The notes under the pieces: model-generated
The model's database searches: none
Seen by the model: the letters and a program-made list of their open reading frames with translations, nothing else
What the model was told of the DNA's origin: nothing
Virus record (IMG/VR): IMGVR_UViG_2061766007_000872
Source: an uncultured virus (IMG/VR IMGVR_UViG_2061766007_000872)
Taxonomy: Duplodnaviria; Heunggongvirae; Uroviricota; Caudoviricetes
Reading direction: 5' to 3' (one strand)
DNA: 41,970 nucleotides
Made by a program: the position numbers and the translations under genes
In this document: piece by piece, positions 11,227-21,745 of the stretch
Layout of the letters: the number at the start of each line of letters is the position of its first letter
Position numbering within the stretch: the first letter of the stretch is position 1

Positions 11227-11946
11227 ATGGCAAATGAACAAATAAAACAAAACTTTAAAGATATTGCTAATGCTATTAGAAGTAAAACTGGTGAAAATGG
11301 CACAATGACTGCAGAAGAAATGCCAAGCAAGATTGGAAACAATTTAGCCAAGAAACCAGCAGGTTCTTTAAATATTACAGCAAATGGAAATAACATTGAT
11401 GTTACTACTAAAGCAACAGTTAATGTTAATGTTCCAACCTATCCTCAACCAAGTGGAACCACTTATATTTATGATAATGGTTATCATAATGTTTCAGGAT
11501 ATGCTCAAGCCTATGTAGAGGTAAGTAGTGGCGGTGGAGAATATACAGAACACTGGGATAAGTTACTCACTCTATCTTATTATACTGATGGTACTCCTCG
11601 TGTCTCTATTGGTGGTATTACTGGTGCTGGAGAAGTCTATGATGATGGAGATGGTGGATATTACATAGATTTTCCAGATAATGAAGGTGAAGGAACACTT
11701 TTAGATAGGTGTTATCAGAATTCAAATATTGATATAATTCTTCCTTTTGCAAAAGAGGTTTTAGATGAGTTATTACATGATTATAATATAGTTCTTGATT
11801 CAACAATAGAAGCCCTTGCTCAAACATCAATTCCTGACTTTGATACATCTTATTTTACAGGAACCTTATATATTCACGACTTAAATAACACACTACTTGA
11901 AAGCATAGCAGTTAACTCAATTATTAAACAACATGGTGAAAGTTAA
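11227..11946 (+). CDS. Putative virion fibre/decoration protein
   Basis: N-terminal IANAIRSKTG..MTAEEMPSKI motif and two GxxxIxxNGxxxV beta repeats common in phage fibre accessory proteins. Confidence 0.5.
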   Translation: MANEQIKQNFKDIANAIRSKTGENGTMTAEEMPSKIGNNLAKKPAGSLNITANGNNIDVTTKATVNVNVPTYPQPSGTTYIYDNGYHNVSGYAQAYVEVSSGGGEYTEHWDKLLTLSYYTDGTPRVSIGGITGAGEVYDDGDGGYYIDFPDNEGEGTLLDRCYQNSNIDIILPFAKEVLDELLHDYNIVLDSTIEALAQTSIPDFDTSYFTGTLYIHDLNNTLLESIAVNSIIKQHGES

Positions 11947-11949
11947 TAG

Positions 11950-12755
11950 ATGATTTCAATAATTATACCTTTCTACAATACTGAAAAATATTTAGAAGAA
12001 TGTCTGAGTTCTGTAAAGGCTCAGACTTTTTCTGATTATGAATGCATAATGATAGATGATGGCTCTACTGATTCATCTAGAAGTATTGCTCAGAAATATG
12101 CAGATGAGGATAGCAGATTCATTCTTCTAAATGACAAACATATAGGATTTCCACTTGCAAAGAATTTAGGATTAGATAATGCTAAGGGTGAATATATTTG
12201 TTTTATAGATAGTGATGATTTTGTAGAGCCTCAATATCTTGAAAGTATGTATAGAATACTTATAGATACAGATAGTGATATATCAAGTTGTAGTCATACA
12301 GCAAAAATGGAGTTTACTAAAGTACCTTTTGATAACAATACATCTATATTTGAAGGTACAGAGGTTATTCTAAATAAATTACTACAAAATACATATCTAT
12401 GGAATAAACTCTTTAAGAGAGAAATCTTTGATAATATGAGATTTGATAATGTTATTGCATTGAGTGATACAATGCTTAACTATAAATTATTTGAGAGAGC
12501 AAAGAGAACAGTATATACAAATTATATTGGCTATCATTATAGAGTACATAATGAAAATATGACATATCATGTGAGAAACTTTGAACCAACTTATTGGCCA
12601 CATAGACTGAATGTATATCTTATTNNNNNNNNNNNNNNNNNNNNCAAGCAAGAAGAAAGTTCATAAATGAGTATAGATTTTGCTTACCTCATCTAACAAA
12701 AGAACAAATAGAAGAGTTTCGCAATAGAGATGACTTTAAGAGATTGCTAAATTAA
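11950..12755 (+). CDS. Glycosyltransferase family 2 (C-terminus reconstructed across N gap)
   Basis: ISIIIPFYN, IDDGSTD, YICFIDSDD, LWNKLFK. After the gap a frame reads QARRKFINEY..FKRLLN* to 12755. Confidence 0.9.
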
Positions 12756-12759
12756 TTGA
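12745..12759 (+). promoter_or_regulatory. Putative late-promoter motif TGCTAAATTAATTGA
   Basis: Repeated motif ahead of the holin/terminase unit. Confidence 0.65.
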
Positions 12760-12781
12760 CTATAAGAAAGGACAATAAAAT

Positions 12782-13175
12782 ATGCAAATACCTCAAGAAT
12801 TATGGACAATTATCTGGAGTGCTTTGNNNNNNNNNNNNNNNNNNNNNNNNNNNNNTCGGTTGGTTATCTACAACTGGAATTATCTGGTTAAATCAAAAGA
12901 TTAAGAACGGTAAAATTGCAAAGTGGTCTTCTGCAATCTATCAAATTATCATGAGTGCCGTTCAAACAGTTTTCCAAGAATTTGTTGATGCAATGAAGAA
13001 AGCCGGTAAATTTGATGAAGAAGCGGCTAGAGAAGCGAAAGAAAGAGCAATGAAGATTATCATGACTCAACTAACTCCAGAACTTAGAAAGTACATTGAA
13101 GACAATTTTGGCGATATGAAAGAATATTTGATGAATCAAATTGAAGCAATGATTTATCAATTAAAGAACAGATAA
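12782..13175 (+). CDS. Putative holin (LL-H-like, single N-terminal TM)
   Basis: RBS AAAGGA then ATG 12782 (MQIPQELWTIIWSAL). After the gap: AVQTVFQEFVDAMKKAGKF..IEAMIYQLK. Confidence 0.6.
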
Positions 13176-13177
13176 CT

Positions 13178-13444
13178 ATGGCTAAAGGTAGAGGCAAGGG
13201 CGGAGCAAGTGCAGGTCCAAGAAAAGCACATGGACCAAAAAGAAAATTATTCCATTGCTGGAGTTCAACTATGAGAAAACATTTAGCAGATGAGGGTCTA
13301 TTAACTAAGCATTATAACTTTGAATCATTTGCCATGGCTTGTAATGCATGCGGCAAGAGAAATGTTTCAAGAAGTGACTTTAGTAACTACATTGGTTTAT
13401 CTTCAGAAGAAAAAGAAAACTACTTTAAGAATTTAAAGAAGTAA
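13178..13444 (+). CDS. Small basic hypothetical protein
   Basis: ORF with a Gly/Lys/Arg-rich N-terminus directly upstream of the terminase. Confidence 0.6.
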   Translation: MAKGRGKGGASAGPRKAHGPKRKLFHCWSSTMRKHLADEGLLTKHYNFESFAMACNACGKRNVSRSDFSNYIGLSSEEKENYFKNLKK

Positions 13445-13558
13445 ATTTNNNNNNNNNNNNNNNNNNNNNNNNNNNNNNNNNNNNNNNNNNNNNNNNNNNN
13501 NNNNNNNNNNNNNNNNNNNNNNNNNNNNNNNNNNNNNNNNNNNNNNNNNNNNNNNNTA

Positions 13559-15553
13559 GATAAATTAAGTCCTGAACAAAAGGAACTTGCGATAAAAATA
13601 TTAAAAGAATTTGCAAATAATGGCAACTCACATACTTATGCTGAGTTGATTTATGCTGATTATAAAGAAATACCAGTAGATATAGAAACATTCTTATCAG
13701 ATGATAAATANNNNNNNNNNNNNNNNNNNNNNNNNNNNNNNTGGCTTGAAGTTCTAAAAGATGTTTTTCCTAATAATGTAGATACAAACTATGATGTTCT
13801 TCTTGAATCTGGTGCTAGAGGTCTTGGTAAATCTGAAATAGCCGCAGGTATTATTTGTCCTTATCTTATGTATAGAGTTATGTGTCTTAAAGACCCTTTA
13901 GAACACTATCATGTTAAGAACACAGAAAAGATTGCATTTGCTTTTATGAATATTAAGTTAGACTTAGCAGAAGCAATTGCTACAGATAAATTCCAAAAGA
14001 CAATTCAAAAGAGTCCTTGGTTTACATCTAAAGGTACATTCACAAGAAGAAACAATGCAGACTTCTGGTTACCACCAGACCCACTAGAACTTATCATTGG
14101 TTCTCAAAGTGATGATGTTATTGGTCGTCCTATCTTCTTTGCATTCTTTGATGAAATTTCCTTTTTGAAGAATCAAGATGTTGAAAAGCAAAAAGCAAAA
14201 GCAAAAGACATGATTAACACCGCTAAAGGTGGTATGAAAACAAGATTTATCCATAAAGGAAAGAATCCTACATTATTGGTTGTTGCTTCTTCTAAAAAGA
14301 GTGAGCAAGCATTCATGGAATCTTACATTAGAGAACTTAGAGAAAATGAAGGTGACAATGTTAAGATTGTAGATAAACCAGTATGGGAAGTTAAACCAAA
14401 AGGTACATACAGTGATGAAACATTCTATGTTGGTCTTGGTAATAAGTTCTTAGACAACATAGTTATTCCTAGAAGTGATTATGATAAATTAGATTTATAC
14501 CTTAAAAAAGGATATGAATTATTGGCAATGCCGATTGACTTTGAAGCAGATGCTAAAGGTAATCTTGAAAGAGTTCTTTGTGACTATGCAGGTATCTCTA
14601 GTTTCTCCTCAAATAAATTCTTATCCGCAGAGAGAGTATCTGATGTTGTAGATGAAGATTCTCTAAATCCATTGCCAGCAATCATTACTTGTGGTGATGC
14701 AAAAGATGACTTAGCACAATATGGTGATTGGTTTGATTGGAGTAGATTAGATAATAAGTACATGAATAGACCTTTATTCATACATCTAGATATGTCAAAG
14801 AGTAAAGACAAAACTGGTATTGCAGGTGTGTGGATTATCGGTAAAAAACCTACAAGTGATGGCAATCCTGGAAAAGACTTGATGTTCAAAGTAGCATTCA
14901 GTACTTCTATAAAGGCACCAACTGGAAGACAAATATCTTTTGAAAAGAATAGAAACTTCATAAGGTGGTGTAAAGCAAAAGGATTCAAGATTAAAAAAAT
15001 TACATGCGATACTTATCAATCAGCAGATTTACAACAAATCATGACTGGTGAAGGATATGATTGTGCTATCTTATCAGTAGATAGAGTTGACAATGTTCCA
15101 GGTGGTGCAGGTATTTGTAAACCTTATGAATACATAAAAAGTGTTATTTATGAAGGTAGAATTATTCTTAACAAAGTTGAAAAAGATACAAATGAACTTC
15201 TCTACAATGAATTTGTACAACTTGAAAAGAATAACAATACAGGTAAAGTAGACCACCCAGATGGTGGAAGTAAAGACCAAGCAGACGCAGTTACTGGTGC
15301 TACTTACACTGCAAGTAGTTTTGCAGATGAATATGCACATGACTATGGTGAAGATGCAGAACTTGTGCTAAAAATCAATAATAAATCAAGTAGCCAAGAA
15401 TCAATAAAAGATGAATTAACAAAGCAACTTATGGAAATGAGACCGTTCTTAAATCAAAGTTATGCGAATATAGATGAAGGCTTTACAGAAGAAGATAAGC
15501 AAAAGGCTCAAGATGCTATAGCATTTAACAATGATATTATCTTTCCTATGTAG
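13559..15553 (+). CDS. terL: Terminase large subunit (true start inside N gap 13449-13556)
   Basis: Walker A SGARGLGKS, Walker B FFAFFDE, nuclease motifs IHLDMS..DKTG and VDHPDGGSKDQADA; frame open from 13559. Confidence 0.92.
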   Translation, partial: DKLSPEQKELAIKILKEFANNGNSHTYAELIYADYKEIPVDIETFLSDDKXXXXXXXXXXXWLEVLKDVFPNNVDTNYDVLLESGARGLGKSEIAAGIICPYLMYRVMCLKDPLEHYHVKNTEKIAFAFMNIKLDLAEAIATDKFQKTIQKSPWFTSKGTFTRRNNADFWLPPDPLELIIGSQSDDVIGRPIFFAFFDEISFLKNQDVEKQKAKAKDMINTAKGGMKTRFIHKGKNPTLLVVASSKKSEQAFMESYIRELRENEGDNVKIVDKPVWEVKPKGTYSDETFYVGLGNKFLDNIVIPRSDYDKLDLYLKKGYELLAMPIDFEADAKGNLERVLCDYAGISSFSSNKFLSAERVSDVVDEDSLNPLPAIITCGDAKDDLAQYGDWFDWSRLDNKYMNRPLFIHLDMSKSKDKTGIAGVWIIGKKPTSDGNPGKDLMFKVAFSTSIKAPTGRQISFEKNRNFIRWCKAKGFKIKKITCDTYQSADLQQIMTGEGYDCAILSVDRVDNVPGGAGICKPYEYIKSVIYEGRIILNKVEKDTNELLYNEFVQLEKNNNTGKVDHPDGGSKDQADAVTGATYTASSFADEYAHDYGEDAELVLKINNKSSSQESIKDELTKQLMEMRPFLNQSYANIDEGFTEEDKQKAQDAIAFNNDIIFPM

Positions 15554-15560
15554 TCATCCG

Positions 15561-15575
15561 TGCTAAATTTAATGA
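15561..15575 (+). promoter_or_regulatory. Putative late-promoter motif TGCTAAATTTAATGA
   Basis: Intergenic, ahead of the portal RBS AAGGAG. Confidence 0.7.
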
Positions 15576-15599
15576 TATTTTTAATACAAAGGAGAATAT

Positions 15600-17519
15600 A
15601 TGCCAGGTAACAACAAACAAACAAATGACAATACAGTTCTTGTTGGCAAAAAAGTACAAGCAGTACCTAAAGAGCCTCAATCAGTAGGTGCTGATATAGA
15701 TGGTAATTTTATCTATGAATTACTTGATGCAGCACAGACAAGTCAAGTTGATTTAAATTCAATTGACAATTTCAGCAATGTCTCCCAAAGCAGAGAATCT
15801 TTGTATGCTCTCATTGATACAATGGCAGAAGACGATAGAGTTTCAGCAATTCTTGAAACCTATACAGAAGATGTCACTCAAACAAATGAGAATGGCCAAA
15901 TTGTATGGTGTGAATGTGATGAGAGTGATATCAGTGAACATGTTAATTATTTACTTGATACACTAAACGTTGACAAATATGCCTATGAATGGGTTTACAA
16001 CTTGATTAAATATGGCGACTTATATCTTCAATTATTTAGAGATAGTGACTTTAAAGAAGATGAGGAATTCATGAATGAACTTAAGTCTAAGTCTAAACAA
16101 GACAATAGACTTGATGAGTCATTAGATGATTCAAAAGAAGACTTGAAAGAAGATGTAAATGTTGTGCTTCATAAAGAAAGTGACCACTATAGAAATTATG
16201 TTGAAATGGTTGCTAACCCAGGTGAGATGTTTGAGTTGACAAAACATGGAAAGACAATGACATATGTTCAAGCACCTACAAACATTCAAAGTCAATTTAC
16301 AAACCAAGAAGCATATAGTTTCATGTTCTATAAGATGAAACAAAAAGATATTAATATCTATGGTGCTACAGACTTCGTTCATGCTTGTTTGTCAAATAAC
16401 AATTCAAGTAGAAGTCCAGAAGAAGTTTCTATCTTTACTGATGATAAAGATTATGATGCTGAAAAGAATACAAAAGCAAATACATTTAAAGTTAAGAGAG
16501 GTCAGTCACTTCTCTACAATCAATTTAGAACATGGAGACAATTATCTTTATTAGAAAATAGTGTATTGCTCAACAGATTAACAAAGTCCGCTATTGTTGA
16601 ACTCATTAACATTGATATCGGTGATATGGGTAAAGACCAAGCAACACAATATGTTGATAGATTAAAACAAAAGATTGAACAAAAATCTGCTATTCAAGTT
16701 GGTAAATCAATTCAAGAATATACAAATCCTGGTCCAATCAAAAATATGGTCTATATTCCAAGTCATGGCGGACAAGGTACAGTTACTGCCACAACATTAG
16801 GTGGTGATTATGACCCAAAGAGTCTTACAGACTTAGATTATTTCCAAAATAAATTCTATGGTAACATGCGTGTTCCAAAGCAATTCTTTAACTTAACAGA
16901 TGATAGCACAGGCTTCAATGGAGGTAGTTCATTAACAATTATCTCTAGTAGATATGGTAAAGAAGTTAAGAACATTCAAAATGTGTTTATTCAATGTTTA
17001 ACAGATTTAATTAATTACTTCTTAATTGATAGAGGTTATACATCTTACATCAATAAATTCAAATTAAGAATGCAAGCACCTGTTACTCAAGAAGAATTGG
17101 ATAAGAGAGAAGCAGCACAAAAACAAATGGGCATTGTTCAAGATACAATGTCTCAAGTTAATAGTTTAATGAAAGATGAAATTATTAAACTTAAAGTGCT
17201 TAAAACATTATTATCCACAACTTATTCTGACCCAGAGTTAATTAACTTAATTGATGAACAAATCAAGCAGTTAGAACAAGAAAAAGAAGAAAAGGAAAAT
17301 AAAGGTGAACCTAAAGATAAAAAGCCAAAGAAGAGTGAAGAAGAAAATTTACCTCCAATGACAAGAAGTGAAACTCCATTAAGAGGTGAACCATCTTTAG
17401 AAGAACCATCTCTTGAAGAACCAGAAGAAACTGGTGAAGAAGAAGCACCTACAGAAGATGAAGGTTCATACTTACCAAGTCCAGATGAACTCGGTGTAGA
17501 CCTCTTAGGTAATCAATAA
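15600..17519 (+). CDS. Portal protein, T4 gp20-like
   Basis: RQLSLLENSVLLNRL..IDIGDM and DLDYFQNKFYGNMRVP resemble conserved gp20 blocks; follows terL; acidic Pro-rich tail. Confidence 0.88.
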   Translation: MPGNNKQTNDNTVLVGKKVQAVPKEPQSVGADIDGNFIYELLDAAQTSQVDLNSIDNFSNVSQSRESLYALIDTMAEDDRVSAILETYTEDVTQTNENGQIVWCECDESDISEHVNYLLDTLNVDKYAYEWVYNLIKYGDLYLQLFRDSDFKEDEEFMNELKSKSKQDNRLDESLDDSKEDLKEDVNVVLHKESDHYRNYVEMVANPGEMFELTKHGKTMTYVQAPTNIQSQFTNQEAYSFMFYKMKQKDINIYGATDFVHACLSNNNSSRSPEEVSIFTDDKDYDAEKNTKANTFKVKRGQSLLYNQFRTWRQLSLLENSVLLNRLTKSAIVELINIDIGDMGKDQATQYVDRLKQKIEQKSAIQVGKSIQEYTNPGPIKNMVYIPSHGGQGTVTATTLGGDYDPKSLTDLDYFQNKFYGNMRVPKQFFNLTDDSTGFNGGSSLTIISSRYGKEVKNIQNVFIQCLTDLINYFLIDRGYTSYINKFKLRMQAPVTQEELDKREAAQKQMGIVQDTMSQVNSLMKDEIIKLKVLKTLLSTTYSDPELINLIDEQIKQLEQEKEEKENKGEPKDKKPKKSEEENLPPMTRSETPLRGEPSLEEPSLEEPEETGEEEAPTEDEGSYLPSPDELGVDLLGNQ

Positions 17520-17543
17520 TAACAACATTTGAAAGGAATTAAT

Positions 17544-17993
17544 ATGATTAGTAAAAATGAATTAGTTTTATTATTAACAGAATTAGAGAAGTCCGGTGTT
17601 GAGGGAGCATCTAAGCAAATTANNNNNNNNNNNNNNNNNNNNNCTACATTAAAATTCATTAATGACAATAGACCTCTTGAAATCATTCAATTCTATGAAA
17701 GAATGAGAAAGAACTACAATAGCAAGAAAAGTCCTTTATATAAGAATATTGTAAAGGATATTGATGATGTTGAAGAAATTATAACAACATTACATGCTTA
17801 TGCACTTCAAGTAAATCTATTCTCCAAGAAATTAGAGAACAAGCAATTATTCTTTAAGCATGCTAGAGAAGAAGAAGTTACAAGAGTGTTAAATAGATAC
17901 TACACTGACTATGATATTACATCAGCAGTTAAAGTGTTAAGACTTATTAAAGCAGACTTAGTTGCATTTGAAACAATTGCAGGAAGAAGATAG
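17544..17993 (+). CDS. Hypothetical protein in head module
   Basis: RBS GAAAGGA, ATG 17544. Confidence 0.7.
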   Translation: MISKNELVLLLTELEKSGVEGASKQIXXXXXXXXTLKFINDNRPLEIIQFYERMRKNYNSKKSPLYKNIVKDIDDVEEIITTLHAYALQVNLFSKKLENKQLFFKHAREEEVTRVLNRYYTDYDITSAVKVLRLIKADLVAFETIAGRR

Positions 17994-18014
17994 TGAAAAG
18001 ATAGTGAAAAAATA

Positions 18015-18674
18015 ATGAAGAATTTAATTGGCATAATATCATATCTACCAGATGACAAGGAAAAGAGAGCAACTAGATTCACAGGTTTAGTTGACTTAAT
18101 AAATACTTGCAACAAAATATTTGGATATAGTCTACATATTTTCATTCTCATTCAAAACTATTCTGAAAATGAAATCCATGCACTATATAGAATACCAAAT
18201 GTTGAATGCTCATTTAATTATCCAAAGTTAGGCATTCTTGGTGCTAGAAGACAATTAAGAAGTGAATTCTTAAGGGGTAATTATGATAATCTTATCATGT
18301 TAGATGATGATAGCATTATTGAAGGTGGTGCTGCAGGCGGTAAAAAGTATATTGAACAACTAGATAGTCATCCTGGAATGTTTTATGAATTTCAAGATAC
18401 ACTATTAAAACTATTTGCAATCTCTAGAGAAATATTTGAAGAACAAGATTTTATTGATGTAAATCCGGAGAAAGAGGAAGGTTTTGAAGATAGAGTATTT
18501 ATCAATGTTTTAAGACACAAATTTCCAAACAAGAGATATGTGTTTGAGAAGAATGGATTGCAAGAATCTAGTATATCTACGAGTGATAAAATGTCAACTT
18601 GGTATACAAATCAAGATAATAAAAAGATGTTAGATAATACGGAAGTTATAATAAATAAAATAATTAATTGCTAA
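18015..18674 (+). CDS. Putative GT-A fold glycosyltransferase
   Basis: IGIISY, LGILGARR, LIMLDDDS (DxD), GFED motifs. Confidence 0.6.
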   Translation: MKNLIGIISYLPDDKEKRATRFTGLVDLINTCNKIFGYSLHIFILIQNYSENEIHALYRIPNVECSFNYPKLGILGARRQLRSEFLRGNYDNLIMLDDDSIIEGGAAGGKKYIEQLDSHPGMFYEFQDTLLKLFAISREIFEEQDFIDVNPEKEEGFEDRVFINVLRHKFPNKRYVFEKNGLQESSISTSDKMSTWYTNQDNKKMLDNTEVIINKIINC

Positions 18675-18683
18675 ATTAAATAG
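18669..18683 (+). promoter_or_regulatory. Putative late-promoter motif TGCTAAATTAAATAG
   Basis: Motif variant ahead of protease/scaffold/capsid. Confidence 0.6.
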
Positions 18684-18745
18684 ATGAGATTATTTTCTCA
18701 TACATTTATGATTAAAACTTCCATGTAGGAGGGTATATAAACTAA

Positions 18746-19480
18746 ATGAAAGATAAAATTAGGGAAATGTTAGCATTTGAAGATTTGTCTCAGGAAGAAA
18801 AAGAGAAACGCCACATTTTAGGTAGACTCTATGGTCCTGTTGCAGATGTCATTAATCCTACAAGAAACGGTAGAAAATACAGTGAAGAATTGTGGGAAAA
18901 TGTTTTTGACAATCCTATCATGAAAGAAAAGTTCAATAACAAGGTTATGTATGGTGAATTAGGCCATCCAGCCGATAGAACTGAAATAGACATGGAAAAG
19001 ATTGCAGTAAGCATGCCAGAACCACCAAAGAAAGATAAAGATGGTAGATTAATTGCTTACTTAGATATCTTAGATACTCCTAACGGAAGAATCTTAAAGA
19101 CTTTATGTGATTATGGTTCAACATTAGGCATCTCATCCAGAGGTACTGGTGATTTATACACAGATGATGATGGTGAAGAAGCAGTTGACCCAGAATCATA
19201 TGAATGTGAATGCTTTGACATTGTGTTAGTTCCAGCAGTTGAAAGTGCTAGACTACAATTCACTGAAGGTTTACATACTGGAAAGACAATGAAACAAGCA
19301 TTAAGTGAATCACTTGAAAAAGCAAGTGAAGAAGATAGAAAAGTAATGACAGAAGCATTACACAACCTCAATATTGATGTTGAGGAACCAAAAGAAGTTT
19401 CTAATCCAGAAATGGACGAGAATAAACAGAGTGAATCTGAAGAAGTAGTTATTGAAAAAACTGAAGAAGCCACAGATAGT
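18746..19480 (+). CDS. Prohead protease, T4 gp21-like (3' end obscured by gap)
   Basis: RNGRKYS, YGELGHP, ILDTPNGRI, LGISSRGTG, FDIVLVPA motifs. Confidence 0.92.
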
Positions 19481-19490
19481 NNNNNNNNNN

Positions 19491-19586
19491 AGATTTTATC
19501 AGGTATTATTAAATAGAATCTATCATTCAAATAAATTAGAATGTGATTTAGTTTTTTTACCTAATATTACAAAAGAAGATTTTATG
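19491..19586 (+). repeat. 96-bp variant copy of 21869-21964 between two 10-N gaps (probable mis-scaffolded strain variant)
   Basis: Encodes RFYQVLLNRIYHSNKLECDLVFLPNITKEDFM versus ..IYNSNKVECD..; mostly synonymous differences. Confidence 0.85.
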
Positions 19587-19598
19587 NNNNNNNNNNTT

Positions 19599-20234
19599 GA
19601 AACAAGTAAATCTACTATTATTAGATTAACTAATATTGCTAGAAAAACTAAAGCAACTAATGATGATTTAACAAAGTCAGTTTCTACCTTAAAAGAAGAA
19701 CTCAAAGAAAAGAGTCAAACTATTGACAATCTCTTAAAAGAAAAAGAAGCAGTTAATGTTGAAGATGATGAATCTAAAAAACAACTCACTGAAAGCATGA
19801 ACACTATGAAAGTGAATCATGAAAAAGAAGTGACTGCTATCAAAGAATCTTATGAAGAGAAGTTAACCAATTCCAATAAACTTATAGAAGAGTTACAAGG
19901 AAAAGTCACAAAGGCTAACAAAATCAAAGAGGGTTACAAGAATTTAGCCAACAATGCTGTTAATAAGTATATTGAGTTAAGAGCCAGAAATATTGGTTCA
20001 ACACCTGATGAAATTAAGAGCAGATTGAATGATTCATACACTCTTAATGATATTGATAAAGTTTGTGAAAGTATCCAAAGTTACAACTTAACTGTAAGCA
20101 AATTACCATTCAATGTGGACAGAAAAGTCCGAATCAAGGTCAATGAATCTGTTAAACAACAACCTAATGGTGAAGTTGATGATGACTATGTTGATGACAC
20201 TTTAATAGATGTCGCAGGTATAAATGACCAATAG
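19599..20234 (+). CDS. Coiled-coil prohead scaffold region (possibly the C-terminus of the protease gene)
   Basis: Lys/Glu-rich heptads between protease and capsid; no start visible after the gap. Confidence 0.7.
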   Translation, partial: ETSKSTIIRLTNIARKTKATNDDLTKSVSTLKEELKEKSQTIDNLLKEKEAVNVEDDESKKQLTESMNTMKVNHEKEVTAIKESYEEKLTNSNKLIEELQGKVTKANKIKEGYKNLANNAVNKYIELRARNIGSTPDEIKSRLNDSYTLNDIDKVCESIQSYNLTVSKLPFNVDRKVRIKVNESVKQQPNGEVDDDYVDDTLIDVAGINDQ

Positions 20235-20279
20235 ATAAATTAAATCAAGACCATAACAAAATTAATCAAGGAGATTACA

Positions 20280-21635
20280 ATGAAAGTTTCATTAACAGAA
20301 GCATACAAAAAGAGATTAAGTGTCTCTGAACAAGTTTATGCTAAAGCCCATGAAAATAATGCTTCCTTAACAATCGCTCAAAAAGAAGTGATTGCCAAAG
20401 TTTTAAATAACTCTTCTGAATTTATCAAATTCAAAATGAATGAAGCATTCGGTAATAGTGTTGGTACACAAAGAGCAGACATGGGTAATTTCAAAAAGTT
20501 CTGCTTAGACGTTACAACCGTCGCTTTACCAAACTTAATTGCTAACGATTTAGTTATCGTTCAACCAATGCCATCTTTCACCGGCTCCATCCAATACTAC
20601 AAGTTTGTTGCTGGTAGTAATAAGGGCGGTGTTAAGATTGGTGATGAATTCAACAGTCCATTCAAACTCAGTCCAATGACTGAAGAAAGAATGAACTACA
20701 CCGGCCAAGCCGTTGTTGATGTCATTCCAACTATCGGTGATGATGGTAAGGCTTTCTTAGCCTGGACACCAATCAATCCAGATTTTGCTCCAGTTTTAGT
20801 TGGTGCTCCATCTGGTGCTACAATCACAGTTAAAGATGCTGCTACAGGCGAAGTCAAGATTGAAGGTGCTACCGCTCCAGTTAGAGTTAAATACCTCTAT
20901 GACCAAGTCACAATTCCACAAAATGACTTACCAATCTACAATGTCAAAGTTGATAGAATTACCTTAGAAGCAAAACCACGTAGAATTGCTATTTACTATT
21001 CTCAAATGGCTGCTTTCCAAGCGCAACAAGAAAACAACATTGACTTAGGTAAATTACTCCAAACTCAAGCAGTTGGTGAATTAAACCTCCAAATTGACAC
21101 AGAAGTTGTTAAACTCTTAGCCACTTCCGCTCCAAAAGATGCTACATTAGAATTCAATAGAAGAAAACCAAATGGTATCAGCCTTGCTGAACACTATGAA
21201 AGTTTCTCCGAAACATTAGAAAGAGCATCTCAAATCATCTATGACCGTACACAAAAACATGCCGCTAACTACATGATTTGTGCTTCCGATGTTAAGACAA
21301 TGCTCCCATTAATGAGAGGTTGGAAAGAAGCCAATCGTGGTAAAATTAACGGTCCATATTTTGCCGGTACATTAAATGGCTTAAAAGTCTATGTCTCTTC
21401 CGCAATTGAAAAAGGCAAATTCATTTGTGGCTTCAATGGTGATGACTTAGCAACATCCGCTGCTATCTATGCTCCATATATGGCCATTGTTCCAACAGCC
21501 TTATTACAATTTGCCGATGGTGGCAATAGTCAAGGTTTCTCCACACTTTATGACTTAAAACTCTTAAACGATTGTTTATTAGTTGCTGGTGAAGTTGTTG
21601 ATAAACCACAAGTGGTTGATGTCCACAATGCCTAG
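20280..21635 (+). CDS. Major capsid protein, T4 gp23-like
   Basis: ALPNLIANDLVIVQPM, ITLEAKPR, GPYFAGTLNG, IYAPY motifs; biased codon use; followed by a strong terminator. Confidence 0.93.
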   Translation: MKVSLTEAYKKRLSVSEQVYAKAHENNASLTIAQKEVIAKVLNNSSEFIKFKMNEAFGNSVGTQRADMGNFKKFCLDVTTVALPNLIANDLVIVQPMPSFTGSIQYYKFVAGSNKGGVKIGDEFNSPFKLSPMTEERMNYTGQAVVDVIPTIGDDGKAFLAWTPINPDFAPVLVGAPSGATITVKDAATGEVKIEGATAPVRVKYLYDQVTIPQNDLPIYNVKVDRITLEAKPRRIAIYYSQMAAFQAQQENNIDLGKLLQTQAVGELNLQIDTEVVKLLATSAPKDATLEFNRRKPNGISLAEHYESFSETLERASQIIYDRTQKHAANYMICASDVKTMLPLMRGWKEANRGKINGPYFAGTLNGLKVYVSSAIEKGKFICGFNGDDLATSAAIYAPYMAIVPTALLQFADGGNSQGFSTLYDLKLLNDCLLVAGEVVDKPQVVDVHNA

Positions 21636-21664
21636 TCTTTTGACTAAGTAACATGTCAAAATAC

Positions 21665-21693
21665 AAGAGGATTCTTAATGAATCCTCTTTTTT
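21665..21693 (+). terminator. Intrinsic terminator after capsid gene
   Basis: AAGAGGATTC-TTAAT-GAATCCTCTT plus T tract. Confidence 0.9.
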
Positions 21694-21697
21694 GTTG

Positions 21698-21728
21698 TTG
21701 ACTCACAGTTGATATAATTGTATAATAT
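21698..21728 (+). promoter_or_regulatory. SigmaA-type promoter TTGACT-17-TATAAT (also a TTGTATAATAT copy)
   Basis: Canonical spacing; precedes RBS GAGG and ATG 21746. Confidence 0.75.
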
Positions 21729-21745
21729 TAGTGAGAGGTGCTGAC

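Noticed and set aside
13178..13444. Small terminase call for the basic ORF before terL
   Set aside because: Position fits, but no recognisable motif supports it.
19491..19586. Near-identical repeat of 21869-21964 as a diversity-generating retroelement TR/VR pair
   Set aside because: Differences are not adenine-specific (C/T, G/T, CGT/AGA) and are mostly synonymous; the copy is bounded by 10-N gaps; no reverse transcriptase in the window.
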